Assembly: GCA_965204535.1 (NCBI GenBank) | Contig: OZ241996.1 | Coordinates: forward strand, 1,504,001-1,568,000 | Direction of reading: 5' to 3' | Origin: a bacterium | GTDB lineage: Bacteria; UBA8248 | DNA length: 64,000 bases | Translations under genes and position numbers: made by a program | Shown here: positions 54,333 to 64,000 of the stretch, one piece after another | Numbering within the stretch: position 1 is the first letter of the stretch | Layout of the letters: the number at the start of each line of letters is the position of its first letter | Notes under the pieces: generated by a model | What the model was told of the DNA's origin: nothing | The model's database searches: none | Seen by the model: the letters and a program-made list of their open reading frames with translations, nothing else

Positions 54333-56054
54333 TTAGCGGGACGACATGAGGCGAAGGGCTTCACGCTCGCGCTTCGCCTTTTCCGCCTCGCCCGTTCTTT
54401 CGTAATGCGCCAGCAGGCGCTCATGTACCACTCGAATGAAGGGGTTGATATGCAACACCTCCTCCCACGCCCTGAGGGCGCGCCCGGGCCTTCCGCCCAT
54501 CTCGCTCGCCAGCGCCTTGTGCACGTGCGTCATCGCGTAATCCGGGTCCACCTTCAGCGCCCTTTGAATGTGTTGCTCGGCCTCGGGGATCAGGCCCAGA
54601 TGTATCTCGATCTGGGCCGCGCGGTTGAGGAGGGGCTGGGAGTGCGGCTCATCGCGCAGGGCGCGGCGATATTCGATGAGCGCCGCACGCATCCTCCCCC
54701 GGAACGAGAGCCTGTCGCCCAGCCGCATGCGCCTTCTGGCCACGGCGCTCTTGAGCGCGGCCAGGTCGATCGTGCGCTCGCTCATCGGCCCTTTGGGCTT
54801 CAGCTTCGGCAAGGAGACCTCCGAACCCGCGTGCTTGCGAAGGGGGAGTTTTTTGAGGTCTTCTATCCAGAGCTTCTCGAACCCGCCCAGGTCGACTCCG
54901 GCGAGGAGCCGCAGGCCCGGCTCGGCGCTCTGGGGCGGACCGGTGGATTCGAGCTCGACGAGGCTCGCCCGTCTTTGATGACGCATCCCGGGGTTCTCCT
55001 CACCGAACGCCGGCGCACCCTGCGTTCTCGGTGCAGGCGCGGCGTTTTTGATGCCCGCCAGCAGGCGGACGAGCGCGTTCTCGCCCATTGTGCGTTGGAT
55101 GAAATCCACGGCCGAGGCCGCCTCCGCGTAAGCCAGGTGCACTTCTTGCGGCGTGTCGAGGTAGATGAGGCTCGGCTCCATTTTCTTGAACGGGACGTAG
55201 ACGTTCGTCTCCCTCGCATTGTACAGCAAGGCCTCCTCGCCCGGGTGGAGGAAGCCGGTTTCATCGCTGCGCCATTTTTTCTCCAGATACTTGGCGATCC
55301 CCTCGTGCAGCCAGATGGGGGCGCGATTTTTCGTCGCCAGCACGACGAGATAGTGGACGTATTCGTGCGCCGCCGTGTCGAGCCAGCGATAGCCCCGCAG
55401 GAGCGCGCCGGGGGATAAAAACATTATCTTGTTGAACTTGCAGACCCCGACCGCGCCCTTCTCTTCGATGTCGCGCCTCGATAGCGTGGACGAGCGGTGG
55501 AAGCGGACGGAATCGGAGAAAAGCTCCACGCGGATGCGCTGGGTGGGCCGCACGCCCAACTCCTCGCCGTAGCGCGCATAGGCCCTCTCCAGCGCGTCGC
55601 CCAGATAAGGCAGCAGAACGGCGTCTTCTCCCGGCTCGTACCAGATGTCGAAATGCGCCGTTTGATACGCCTTGAAGCCTTTCATCGCCGTTTGCGTCTG
55701 GCGCACGTGGAGCCTCAGTTCGAGCCATTCGCTGTCTCCCGGGCGTTTCTTGAGCGCCGCGTTGAGGTTGGCGAGCGACTCGGCGTATCGGCCCTCCAGG
55801 TAGTCCGCAGCCCCCGAAAGCGCCGGCCATGCCGCCAAGCCGGGAGATTCGGACTCGAGCGATGCGATTTTTTTTCTGGCCTCTACGAGATTCCACGCCC
55901 GAAGCTCGTCCACCACCGCGCGGTAGCCGTCGGGCCGCGCCACGGCCTGGGAGAGAGGCACCGCGCGGTTTACGGTATGCGGCCACGCGGGTGGCGTGAA
56001 GACCGCGACCCCGAAAGCGCAAACGAAGATTGCGAAGAGTCTTTTCAGCATCAT
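54333..56054 (-). CDS. Exported TPR + gluzincin (peptidase MA-like) protein
   Basis: Signal peptide; AHEYVH...WLHEGIA Zn motif; TPR-like helices at both ends. Confidence 0.82.
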   Translation of the reverse strand: MMLKRLFAIFVCAFGVAVFTPPAWPHTVNRAVPLSQAVARPDGYRAVVDELRAWNLVEARKKIASLESESPGLAAWPALSGAADYLEGRYAESLANLNAALKKRPGDSEWLELRLHVRQTQTAMKGFKAYQTAHFDIWYEPGEDAVLLPYLGDALERAYARYGEELGVRPTQRIRVELFSDSVRFHRSSTLSRRDIEEKGAVGVCKFNKIMFLSPGALLRGYRWLDTAAHEYVHYLVVLATKNRAPIWLHEGIAKYLEKKWRSDETGFLHPGEEALLYNARETNVYVPFKKMEPSLIYLDTPQEVHLAYAEAASAVDFIQRTMGENALVRLLAGIKNAAPAPRTQGAPAFGEENPGMRHQRRASLVELESTGPPQSAEPGLRLLAGVDLGGFEKLWIEDLKKLPLRKHAGSEVSLPKLKPKGPMSERTIDLAALKSAVARRRMRLGDRLSFRGRMRAALIEYRRALRDEPHSQPLLNRAAQIEIHLGLIPEAEQHIQRALKVDPDYAMTHVHKALASEMGGRPGRALRAWEEVLHINPFIRVVHERLLAHYERTGEAEKAKREREALRLMSSR

Positions 56055-59000
56055 TTCGTCAGCCTGTCGAAATAGTCCTCGATTTCACCGCGCATCCCGC
56101 TCGGCAGACCGTCTTTCATCGCCTCCATGATCTCCTCCCTGTACTTGGCCGGCACCTTGTATTGCTCCCGATCGGGGATGAGCACCTCGCTGAACTGCGT
56201 GCCGAGATTCCCGTCCTCCTCGCGCCCCCGATCGTTGGAGCCGCGCGGCTGGGGGAAATTCGGGTTTCTGGACCACCACGGCCTGTTCCCTCCCATGCCC
56301 GGCCCGAAAGCGCTGAACCCCCGGGGGGTGCCCAGACCCACGCTGCCCCGCTGGGCCATCTGCTGCATGGCCTGCTGCATGGAGTTCTGCCCCTCGGCGA
56401 GCTTGCGGATCGCCTCCTCCTCGGGGGGAACCGCGCGGGAGGAACTGCGTTTCGCCAAAGCGGCGGCGGCCTCTTCCATCGCCTCGCCCGCCTCGGCGAT
56501 TCTGCGCAGGATGCTCGGGTTGATGAAGGGATACACCTGCATCATCCGGCGCAGTTGCCGCTCGAAATCCCCCAACCGCTTGCGCAGGTCTTTCTGCCGG
56601 TCGCGCAGGCCGTCGAGTTTCGCGATTTCCGTGCCGCCCGCCTCTTTTTCGGATTTGTCCAGAAGCCGCCCCGCACTCTTCGCCAATTCTTTCGCGGATA
56701 CGGGCTCCGGGCGCGCAAACCCAAACCTCATCCCGCTAAGCGCAAGCGACGCCATGCGCTCCAGAATTTCAAGCGAAGGCCTCTGCGGCGAAGGAACCGG
56801 GCCTATCAACCCGAGCGTAAGCCCAACCGCGCTCTCCGCCGGCTCTCCCGCCAGGGGCGCGGCGCCGCGTTCTTCCAGACGCTCCGCCGCCTCCGGCGCA
56901 GGCTTCGCGTCCGCATCCATCCGCCGGGCCCAGGGCTCGGGCCTGATTCCCTCCCGCGCATCCCGCGGCGCGGGCTCCGACCGCTTTTCGCGCCTCGCCA
57001 CCTTCGGCGCATCTTTTTCCTTCTCCGCTATCTGCTCGGGACGGACGCAAGGCGACCTCCCGAGTTTGGCCGCCCATTCCGGCAGCCTCTGGAAGATGAT
57101 CCCCCACTCTCCTCTCTTGAGCATCGTGTCGAACTCGGAGAGCGCACGCACCTTCTCGCGCTGGATTTTCTCTGCCTGCGCCCGGGGGGAGAGTTTCTTC
57201 TCCGCTTCGGGACGGCCCAGCATCGAAATCTCGGGCTCCGCCGCCTCGGCTTTCTTCTCGGGTTCGGCTTGTTTCACCGGTTCGGCCTTCCCGAAACAAT
57301 CGGCCGGGAGCGGCTTTGCGGCCGATTCACCTGCTTTTTCCCAATACGCACGCGCCAGTCGCGACACGGCGGCGGCGTCTTCGGGCCATTTCTTCTTGAG
57401 GCGATCCACCACGGTCTCCACCACCCCCACCGTCTCGCCGAGTATGGCCTGCTGCTCCTCCACGATTTTGGCCAGTTCGCCTTGCTGACGCTGGATGGGC
57501 CGACCGCCGCGCTGGCTCCTCATCTGCTGGCGCTGCATGCCGCGAAGCGCCATGCGCATTCTCTGCAACTGGCTCATCAGGCGCCTGAGTTGTTCCAGCG
57601 CGCCCTGGAAATTGTTCTGGCGCATCATCTCGCGAATCCGCTCGAAGGAGCGCATCATGTCCTGCATGGGCATCTCGCGCATGCTGCGCTGATTCATGAA
57701 CTCCCTGGGCATGCGCTGGGCCAGCGAAGCCATCTGCTGCATCAGCTCGCCCAACTGCTCCCTGAGCTTCCTCAACTCCTTCTCCACCCGCCGGAGCGCT
57801 TCTTCGTCAGCACCCATGCTGCGCATTTTCTCCAGCGCCTGCTCGATGGACCTTTGTCTTTGGATCATCGATTCCGTCGTGCGGCCCGCCCTGTCCACCC
57901 GGACGTTGCGCTGGATTTCCTCGCCCATCGTGGCGAGGCGCTCCAGCGTCTCCGTCGCCTCTTCCTGCCGGGCGGCTATCTCGCGGTTCAGCCTCTCCCT
58001 TTCTCCTTTCGCGTTCTCGCCCAGTTTCGACAATCGCGAGAGGGGTTTGAGGTATTGCGAAATCGCATCGCGCAGCTGCCGCTCGAGGGTGGATAAATCC
58101 ATGTCGGAGAGCGTCTCGCGCGGATTCTTGGGCCGGAGCATCGCCCTCGTCCGCTTGATACGCTCCAGAATTTTTGTGGCCTTCGCCTCGATGGAGGGGC
58201 TCTTCCCCGCTGGTTTCCCCGTTTCTTTCGCTTCTTTCGCCCTCTCTTCCGGCGGGAGGTCCTTCTCCAGGTAATCACCCAGCAGGTCGAGGAGTTCGTT
58301 TGAAATCTCGCCCAGATTCCTGTCCAGCCCGGCCATCACGGCTTCCCTGTCGCGGATGCTGATGCGGTAGACTTTGCTCGTCCCGACTTTGGGGCCGCTC
58401 ACCGTATCCACGTCGGGCGCGATGAAGCGATAGGAGAGGACGCCCCCCGGACGAATGCCCATGGTGCTGAGGTCGAACTCGTAGCGGCCGAGCACGTCCT
58501 TCTGGGGCTTCTCGCCGCCCCACACCTTGATTCTCCTCGGGCGGCCGCTCCCGAGCCTGACTTCGAGGTACACGCCCCTGATCCCGAAATCATCGGACGC
58601 CCGGAACTTCACGGTCACCCGCTCGTCGGCTTCCACCGTGAGGTCCTTGCCCGGTTGCGTCACCATCACGTCGGGATAGGCGTCGGGGATGATGTCGATC
58701 TGGTAGCGCCGGGGCGCCAGATTGGAAAACCCGTGCGCATCCTTCAAGCGCACCTGATAAGAACCCGCGCCGCCCAGGATCATCTTGCCGCCCAGCGAGT
58801 CGCCGTTTTCGGTGGGATTGAGGGGCAACCGCCACCCGTCGGCCAACGCGATGAGCGCCTCCTGAACCGGCTTGTTCGTCTTGACGGCCAACTGCACCTC
58901 GGAGCCCATGTAGGCGCGGATGTGGCCTCCGCTTTTCCCCGCACCGGGTTTCAACTTCGTATATTCAGGCGGAAACTGAACCACTTCGATGGACTCCACC

Positions 59001-59854
59001 CTCGGCGGGGCGACCACGCGAACCTCAACCGTCCGGGAGCGGAACCTGCCCGTACGCGCCGTGATGCGCGCACCGGCTCCCGCAGCCAGCCAACGGGCGC
59101 GAAACTGGTGAGGCGCCACTTTCTCCATGGCGATGCTCGCCCCGGCTTCGGCGCCTTGTTGCACCTCCAGTTCCACGTAACCCGCCTCACGCCCCCTGGT
59201 CCTGACTTCCAGGGTCGTGGGCATTCCGGGAAGCAGCGTCGTGCGCTCCGCCCAAATCTCCAGATGGGTGATGCGCGAGGGCATGAGGTCCGCCGCGTTC
59301 GCCAGAAGATAACCCGCGCGCGGGTAGAGCCCCGGCCAGATGAACGCCATGAGCATCACGACGATGGCCAGAATTCCGGCGAGCCGCCCGAGCCTCTGGA
59401 AACCGGCGTGTGAGACGTAAGCTTCGGGGTCGAGCGATTCCACTTCCCGGCTGGTGTCGTTCACCAGCGCGTCGATGAGTCCCGGCGAAGTGGGATCGTC
59501 GTCGCCGAGTTCGCCTTTGCGCGGGAAAAGCTGCAGCGAACTGATGAGGTTGCTGCCCAGATCCGGGTGGGTCTCTTCGATGTCGAGAGCGATTCTCTCG
59601 CGCCTCGGACGGCGCGTCGCCAGCCACCAGCACCGGACGAGCGCCGCGCCGAGCAGCAGAACGGCCAGCCCGGCGTAGATGACGGCGGAATATCCGAAGC
59701 GGACCTGGGAGACGACCGCCGCGGGAGCGAGCAGCAAAACGGCCAGTACGCCCAGCAGCAGAACCATCCCCGCTTCGAGGCGCCTGACCTTGAGGCGAGC
59801 GCGAATTACCGAATCGAGAAACTCGTTTATCTTCCTGAAAGATCGCTCGGCCAT
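56051..59854 (-). CDS. DUF4175-family large membrane/coiled-coil protein
   Basis: N-terminal TMs, Ig-like region (PPEYT, DAYP, ASDDFGI, DVDTVSGPK), Q/M-rich coiled coil, C-terminal IEDYFDRL; GAGGA RBS before ATG 59854. Confidence 0.8.
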   Translation of the reverse strand: MAERSFRKINEFLDSVIRARLKVRRLEAGMVLLLGVLAVLLLAPAAVVSQVRFGYSAVIYAGLAVLLLGAALVRCWWLATRRPRRERIALDIEETHPDLGSNLISSLQLFPRKGELGDDDPTSPGLIDALVNDTSREVESLDPEAYVSHAGFQRLGRLAGILAIVVMLMAFIWPGLYPRAGYLLANAADLMPSRITHLEIWAERTTLLPGMPTTLEVRTRGREAGYVELEVQQGAEAGASIAMEKVAPHQFRARWLAAGAGARITARTGRFRSRTVEVRVVAPPRVESIEVVQFPPEYTKLKPGAGKSGGHIRAYMGSEVQLAVKTNKPVQEALIALADGWRLPLNPTENGDSLGGKMILGGAGSYQVRLKDAHGFSNLAPRRYQIDIIPDAYPDVMVTQPGKDLTVEADERVTVKFRASDDFGIRGVYLEVRLGSGRPRRIKVWGGEKPQKDVLGRYEFDLSTMGIRPGGVLSYRFIAPDVDTVSGPKVGTSKVYRISIRDREAVMAGLDRNLGEISNELLDLLGDYLEKDLPPEERAKEAKETGKPAGKSPSIEAKATKILERIKRTRAMLRPKNPRETLSDMDLSTLERQLRDAISQYLKPLSRLSKLGENAKGERERLNREIAARQEEATETLERLATMGEEIQRNVRVDRAGRTTESMIQRQRSIEQALEKMRSMGADEEALRRVEKELRKLREQLGELMQQMASLAQRMPREFMNQRSMREMPMQDMMRSFERIREMMRQNNFQGALEQLRRLMSQLQRMRMALRGMQRQQMRSQRGGRPIQRQQGELAKIVEEQQAILGETVGVVETVVDRLKKKWPEDAAAVSRLARAYWEKAGESAAKPLPADCFGKAEPVKQAEPEKKAEAAEPEISMLGRPEAEKKLSPRAQAEKIQREKVRALSEFDTMLKRGEWGIIFQRLPEWAAKLGRSPCVRPEQIAEKEKDAPKVARREKRSEPAPRDAREGIRPEPWARRMDADAKPAPEAAERLEERGAAPLAGEPAESAVGLTLGLIGPVPSPQRPSLEILERMASLALSGMRFGFARPEPVSAKELAKSAGRLLDKSEKEAGGTEIAKLDGLRDRQKDLRKRLGDFERQLRRMMQVYPFINPSILRRIAEAGEAMEEAAAALAKRSSSRAVPPEEEAIRKLAEGQNSMQQAMQQMAQRGSVGLGTPRGFSAFGPGMGGNRPWWSRNPNFPQPRGSNDRGREEDGNLGTQFSEVLIPDREQYKVPAKYREEIMEAMKDGLPSGMRGEIEDYFDRLTK

Positions 59855-59964
59855 TTCCCGTTTCCTCACATGAATGAACGGCGAGGAGAATCAAACGAAA
59901 TTGTAATACATGATTTGATTTACCGCACGTTCATCTAAAAAACCGCGCGCCGACTGCCTTGCGT

Positions 59965-62307
59965 TCAAGCCAGCCCCCAAAGTCTCCGTATGGTCCATTC
60001 CAGGCCCGGCAGCAGAATGAGAATCATCCCGATCCAGGGAATGCTCCAGAGCCTCACGTCACGCACCTCCATCACCCTGTGCGGCACCTTGCCCTTCAAG
60101 GCCTCGAGGACGCGGGCGGTCAAATCTTCCTCCGCCACGGCGTCGGCCCGGAAAAACAACCCGCCCGTGTGCTTCGCCAGCGTCTGCAAATTCTCCCAGT
60201 GCGGGCTGACGTCGGCCCACTCCGCCTTGCCCGCTTCGCGACCGATGCCGATCGTGCGCACCGCCTCGCCGATAACCTGCCCGCCCTCCACGGCCGTCAT
60301 TCTCGCCCGATAGCTCCCGTTCCCGCGGGGGCGGAAGTGAACCTCGAACTCCCGGGAATCCGGGCGGTAGACCGCGCGATACCGGCTGGTGACGCCATAG
60401 GGGTCGCGAAGCTGCACCTGCACCTGCGCCGCCGGGGCGGGCCGGTAGGATTCGTCCCTCACCTGCATCCTGAGGACGTAGGTCCCGTCCTTCGCCTGCT
60501 CCGCTTCGGGGACAATCTGAACCTGCGAAATTCCGGGGTCGCCCGAGAGCCAGCGGATCATCTGCGCCACCAGGCGGATGTAGAGGCGGTTCGTCTTCTC
60601 CGCCGCCACCATCCCGAAATTCCACCGCCAGATATCGTCGGAGAAAATGCTCACCACCCTGCCCTCGCCAATCCGCTTCGTGGCGAGCAGGGGAATTTTC
60701 CCCTCTTTCGTCGAAACGAGAATCTGCCCCTTTCCGAACGGCGTCGTTGAATTGATGCGCCTCAAGGCCGGAAGGGCGGCCCAGAGTTTTTTGTTCTCCT
60801 CGACATCCGGGGAGAGTTGCGTGATGGGATGCCTTCCGCCGGTGGAAGTCAGCTGAACGAGCAGGCGCCTCTGGTCCTGATAGTCGCTCTGCTGCTGCAA
60901 GCGCACGGGCAGGAGATCCTCGATGGGGCTGCGGTAATACCCGCCCGCGCTGAAGGATTGCCTGCCGCCGAACTTGAGCAAGGCCCCGCCCTTGCGGACG
61001 TATTCCCCCACGCGCTGGAGGTAGTAGTTGCTGAAATACTCCTGCGCGGAGAAATTATCGAAAACCACGATCTCGAAATTCTTGAGTTCTTCCAGGAACA
61101 GCTTGTCCACCGGAAACGGAACGAGGCTCAGGTGCCGGGTCGGAACGCCCGGATCATCCTCCGAAGTCCTCAGAAAGACGAACGACACGAGGTCGATGGC
61201 GGGGTCCCGCTTGAGCGCCATGCGCAAGAAGCGATAGTTCCAGGTGGGAGAACCCGTGATCGTCAGCACCCGAATTTTGTCGCGCCGCACTTCCAGGGGG
61301 ATCTCGACGCGATTGTTCGACTCCACGATTTCGCCGCGCTGAACGGGCGTCACCACGCTGAGCACCTGGCTCCCCACTTCATTCGGCGTGAAGCGGAATT
61401 TCACGAGACGGCGCAGCGGACTGCGCCTGACGTCTATCGACCGGGTCCTGATGATGCGGCCCTCGCGCGTAAGAGCGACCGGCAGCTTGCGGCCCGAATA
61501 ACCTTTCACCGAAAGCGAAACCTCCAGACTCATCTCCTTTCCCTGAAAGGCGATGCGCGGGGCTTGAATATCCTGTATGGCGATGTCCCGAAACGAATCC
61601 GGCGCCCCGAAGCCCACTCCGATGAGGGGCGGGAAGGATTTCACGTCCCCGGGCGGAAGATCCGCTCCGGTGGTGTCCCCCCCGTCCGTGAGCATCAGGA
61701 TACCCAGGGGGCCGTCCTGGTTTTTCTGCTCTTGCTCGCCCTCCGGCATGCTCGCTTCGCGGGCGCTGCGCAGGGCGCCCCGGATGGCCCCCAGGGGGTC
61801 GCTGCCCACGCCCCGGGCTTCCAGGTTTTCGAGCTCCCGCACCCCGATGGGGGTTCTGCGCGCATCGTAGCGGGCGAGTTGAACGTCGTAGAGTTTCCTG
61901 AGGCCCGTGAGCAGGCTCGCCGGGACGTCCGCCTGATCCTCCTCTCCGGGGGCTTGCGACTCCCCGATCTTTTTCGGGACCAGCAGAAAATCCTTCGCCA
62001 AATCGATGCGCGTTTTCTTGCTGTTCACGTCCTGGACGCTCATGCTCGCCGAACTGTCGAGGAGAACGAGCAGCTTGGGCGGCAGGGAGCGCTCGCGTTT
62101 GTCGATCAGCGTCGGGCCGGAGAGAAAAAAGACGACCGCCGCGTACAACAAACCCCGCAGAACCTGAAGAAGCCAGACGCGCCTCATCGGGAGTTTTTCG
62201 GCCAAATCGCGGTGTCTTCGCACGAGCGCCCAGCCGAGTCCGACCGCCACAGGGAGGATCACCCACCAGGGGGCGCCGCCCGGCCAATGAAGTGTGGACC
62301 AGTCCAT
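59965..62307 (-). CDS. VWA + glutamine-amidotransferase-like membrane protein
   Basis: DSSASM, LTDG, WNYRFLR, LVPFP..LF, GG..SF..GGY, WRW, LEWTIRR. Confidence 0.82.
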   Translation of the reverse strand: MDWSTLHWPGGAPWWVILPVAVGLGWALVRRHRDLAEKLPMRRVWLLQVLRGLLYAAVVFFLSGPTLIDKRERSLPPKLLVLLDSSASMSVQDVNSKKTRIDLAKDFLLVPKKIGESQAPGEEDQADVPASLLTGLRKLYDVQLARYDARRTPIGVRELENLEARGVGSDPLGAIRGALRSAREASMPEGEQEQKNQDGPLGILMLTDGGDTTGADLPPGDVKSFPPLIGVGFGAPDSFRDIAIQDIQAPRIAFQGKEMSLEVSLSVKGYSGRKLPVALTREGRIIRTRSIDVRRSPLRRLVKFRFTPNEVGSQVLSVVTPVQRGEIVESNNRVEIPLEVRRDKIRVLTITGSPTWNYRFLRMALKRDPAIDLVSFVFLRTSEDDPGVPTRHLSLVPFPVDKLFLEELKNFEIVVFDNFSAQEYFSNYYLQRVGEYVRKGGALLKFGGRQSFSAGGYYRSPIEDLLPVRLQQQSDYQDQRRLLVQLTSTGGRHPITQLSPDVEENKKLWAALPALRRINSTTPFGKGQILVSTKEGKIPLLATKRIGEGRVVSIFSDDIWRWNFGMVAAEKTNRLYIRLVAQMIRWLSGDPGISQVQIVPEAEQAKDGTYVLRMQVRDESYRPAPAAQVQVQLRDPYGVTSRYRAVYRPDSREFEVHFRPRGNGSYRARMTAVEGGQVIGEAVRTIGIGREAGKAEWADVSPHWENLQTLAKHTGGLFFRADAVAEEDLTARVLEALKGKVPHRVMEVRDVRLWSIPWIGMILILLPGLEWTIRRLWGLA

Positions 62308-62310
62308 CGT

Positions 62311-63159
62311 CTAGCCCTGGTTCAGCCTGCGCTGGATGAAGGGGTGGTGGATGAGGTCTTGCTTGTAGTTGCCCGTCATCGCGTAGAGGGAGATGTTGAC
62401 GGCGAGTTGAAAGGCCGCGAGACGCTGGGGCTCCCCGCCGGGGGTGCATTCTTCGAGCCATCCGCCACCGGGACCCCTCGCCCAGGCGCCTCCCAGGTCG
62501 TTCCGGCAGAAGATGACGGGGGTGAACATGCCCACCTGGATGCCCAGCAAGTCCTGGCTGACGGCCTGCCGTCCGCCGATGGAGCGGATCAGGTAATAAC
62601 TCTTGAACACGGCGTGCTCGCGCTGGAGCGCCTCGAAGGAAGTTCTCGGAAAAACCAGCCGCATGAGTTCCCTGACGGCGCCGCCGAAGGCTTCCTCTTC
62701 GAGCCCGAGCCCGTCGTCGATGAGCAAAAACCCCCCGTAGGTGAGGTGGCGCCTCAGATTGTCTATCGCCCTCGAGCCGGGCATCTCGAACTCGTAGCGC
62801 CCCGACATATACAGAAAAGGATATTCGAAAATTTCGGGCGAGGAGATGTCCACCGCCTGCGCATCCCCCGCGGTTTCGATGCTCGTGCGCCTTCTCACCT
62901 CATCGAGAAAAGAAGCCATCGCCGTGGGGTATTCCCGCCAGCGTCCGCCCGAATAGCGCAACTGCGCCGGCGTGAAATCGGGGAGAAACGTCTTTTCCTC
63001 CTCGAAGGAGCGCGGCAAGAGATGCTTCTGCCAGTCGCCGAGGGGAGCGGGCGACTGCGCTTCCGCCCGCCCGGGGAGGCCGAGGAGCGCGGCCGCTGCC
63101 ACCGCAGAGCGGGCGATGAACGCGCGCCGGCTCAAGAGAGATTTACGGGACGCTGACAT
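62311..63159 (-). CDS. DUF4159 protein with Tat signal peptide
   Basis: SRRAFI twin-arginine motif, YPFLYMSG, GGFLLIDD, NDLGGAW, YAMTGNYKQD..H. Confidence 0.87.
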   Translation of the reverse strand: MSASRKSLLSRRAFIARSAVAAAALLGLPGRAEAQSPAPLGDWQKHLLPRSFEEEKTFLPDFTPAQLRYSGGRWREYPTAMASFLDEVRRRTSIETAGDAQAVDISSPEIFEYPFLYMSGRYEFEMPGSRAIDNLRRHLTYGGFLLIDDGLGLEEEAFGGAVRELMRLVFPRTSFEALQREHAVFKSYYLIRSIGGRQAVSQDLLGIQVGMFTPVIFCRNDLGGAWARGPGGGWLEECTPGGEPQRLAAFQLAVNISLYAMTGNYKQDLIHHPFIQRRLNQG

Positions 63160-63985
63160 CGGGCAACACCACGTAGGTCGTGGGCGGCGGCAGTCTTTTG
63201 CGCGTGAGCACGAGCTCGGTTTCCTTCGGGCGGAGGACTCGCGTGATTCCCTCCGCCTTCAGGGCCTTCTCGAACTCTCCGGTCAATTCGGGGCCGAAGT
63301 AGTGCATCGGTATCACGATGTTGGGCCCGATGCGCTTGACGATCTTGGCCGCCACGTCGTGCGGCACCGTAAAGGAGCCGTCGATCGGAAGCAGGAGCAC
63401 GTGAATTTTCCCAAGGTCCCGAATCTGTCCGGGCGACGGCCCGAAGCGCGCGTTCCCGAAGTGCGCGACGCAAATCCCGCCCGCCTGAAAGACGTGGATG
63501 GTGTTGAGGACGAAGGGATGGTTCTCGTCCCCGTCCACCTGGGGGAAGGACGCGACTCTCAGCTTCCCGAATTTCTCGTCGATCGCGTTGGGCTTTCCCT
63601 CCTGCGTCACGCCGAAGAAAATCTCCGACTTGCCCACGTAGGGCCCCGTCATGGAGTGGGTTTCGTGGAAATTGCTGACGGTGACGGCATCCGGCGGCGG
63701 ATCCAGCACGGGGATCACGTAGGGGTCCATGACGGCCCGCCCGCCGCCCGGGGCTTCGATCAGGAAACTCGAATGTCCCAGAAACTTGAGCCGAACCGCG
63801 CGCGTTAGGCGAGCGCTCTCCCATCCGCCCCTCGTCGAGACGGGGATGAAACGCCCGTCGCGCTGGACGATTCCCGGCTTGCAGATGCCCTCGGCCGCCC
63901 ATGTGAGAGTGGACGAAAAGATAAACGCGAAGAAGGCGAACAAACCCAGGGAGACGATTTTTTTCGCCGGAAAGCGATTCCGCAT
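63143..63985 (-). CDS. Exported metallo-beta-lactamase-fold protein
   Basis: Signal peptide, LGHSSFLI, DP, NFHETH, HFGN, LLLPIDG, IPMHY. Confidence 0.8.
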   Translation of the reverse strand: MRNRFPAKKIVSLGLFAFFAFIFSSTLTWAAEGICKPGIVQRDGRFIPVSTRGGWESARLTRAVRLKFLGHSSFLIEAPGGGRAVMDPYVIPVLDPPPDAVTVSNFHETHSMTGPYVGKSEIFFGVTQEGKPNAIDEKFGKLRVASFPQVDGDENHPFVLNTIHVFQAGGICVAHFGNARFGPSPGQIRDLGKIHVLLLPIDGSFTVPHDVAAKIVKRIGPNIVIPMHYFGPELTGEFEKALKAEGITRVLRPKETELVLTRKRLPPPTTYVVLPDVSVP

Positions 63986-64000
63986 GCGCGTCGAAAATCG

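Noticed and set aside
53310-63156. Long plus-strand ORFs 53310-55418, 56030-58096 and 60817-63156
   Set aside because: Antisense to well-supported genes; expected in GC-rich DNA.

Overview
A GC-rich bacterial chromosomal window from a diderm (it encodes a DcaP-type outer-membrane porin). The ccsA-hemA-hemC-hemD-hemB order and the many LLM, SDR, TAXI-TRAP and Mo-hydroxylase genes are reminiscent of Nitrospinota/Tectomicrobia-like lineages; that placement is inference only. Housekeeping and metabolic content: a GlnR-like regulator plus a GS-family ligase, CutA, MeaB, beta-oxidation genes, the heme operon, pyrD/pyrK, a class II cyclic-nucleotide phosphodiesterase, a ClC antiporter and PlsC. Catabolic content: a xanthine-dehydrogenase-family L+M pair and a roughly 13 kb minus-strand cluster (TIM-barrel/Tm-1 pair, flavoprotein, UbiX, split FdrA, amidase, VOC, TAXI-TRAP). 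The right end is a MoxR/VWA/DUF58/DUF4175/DUF4159 operon. No rRNA, tRNA, CRISPR array, transposase or integrase was recognised. Most notable signals: (1) a two-domain rhodanese whose catalytic Cys codon is an in-frame TGA followed by a SECIS-like hairpin, a probable selenoprotein truncated by the ORF track, in an operon divergent from the Mo hydroxylase; (2) three intergenic elements in which IS-like inverted repeats enclose shuffled REP-type hairpins; (3) a HEPN/MNT toxin-antitoxin islet bracketed by a duplicated thiolase 3' end; (4) an actinobacterial-style GlnR/glnA2-like module with GAAAC-n6-GAAAC boxes; (5) a probable ATC start codon. All family assignments come from motif recognition by eye, not database searches.
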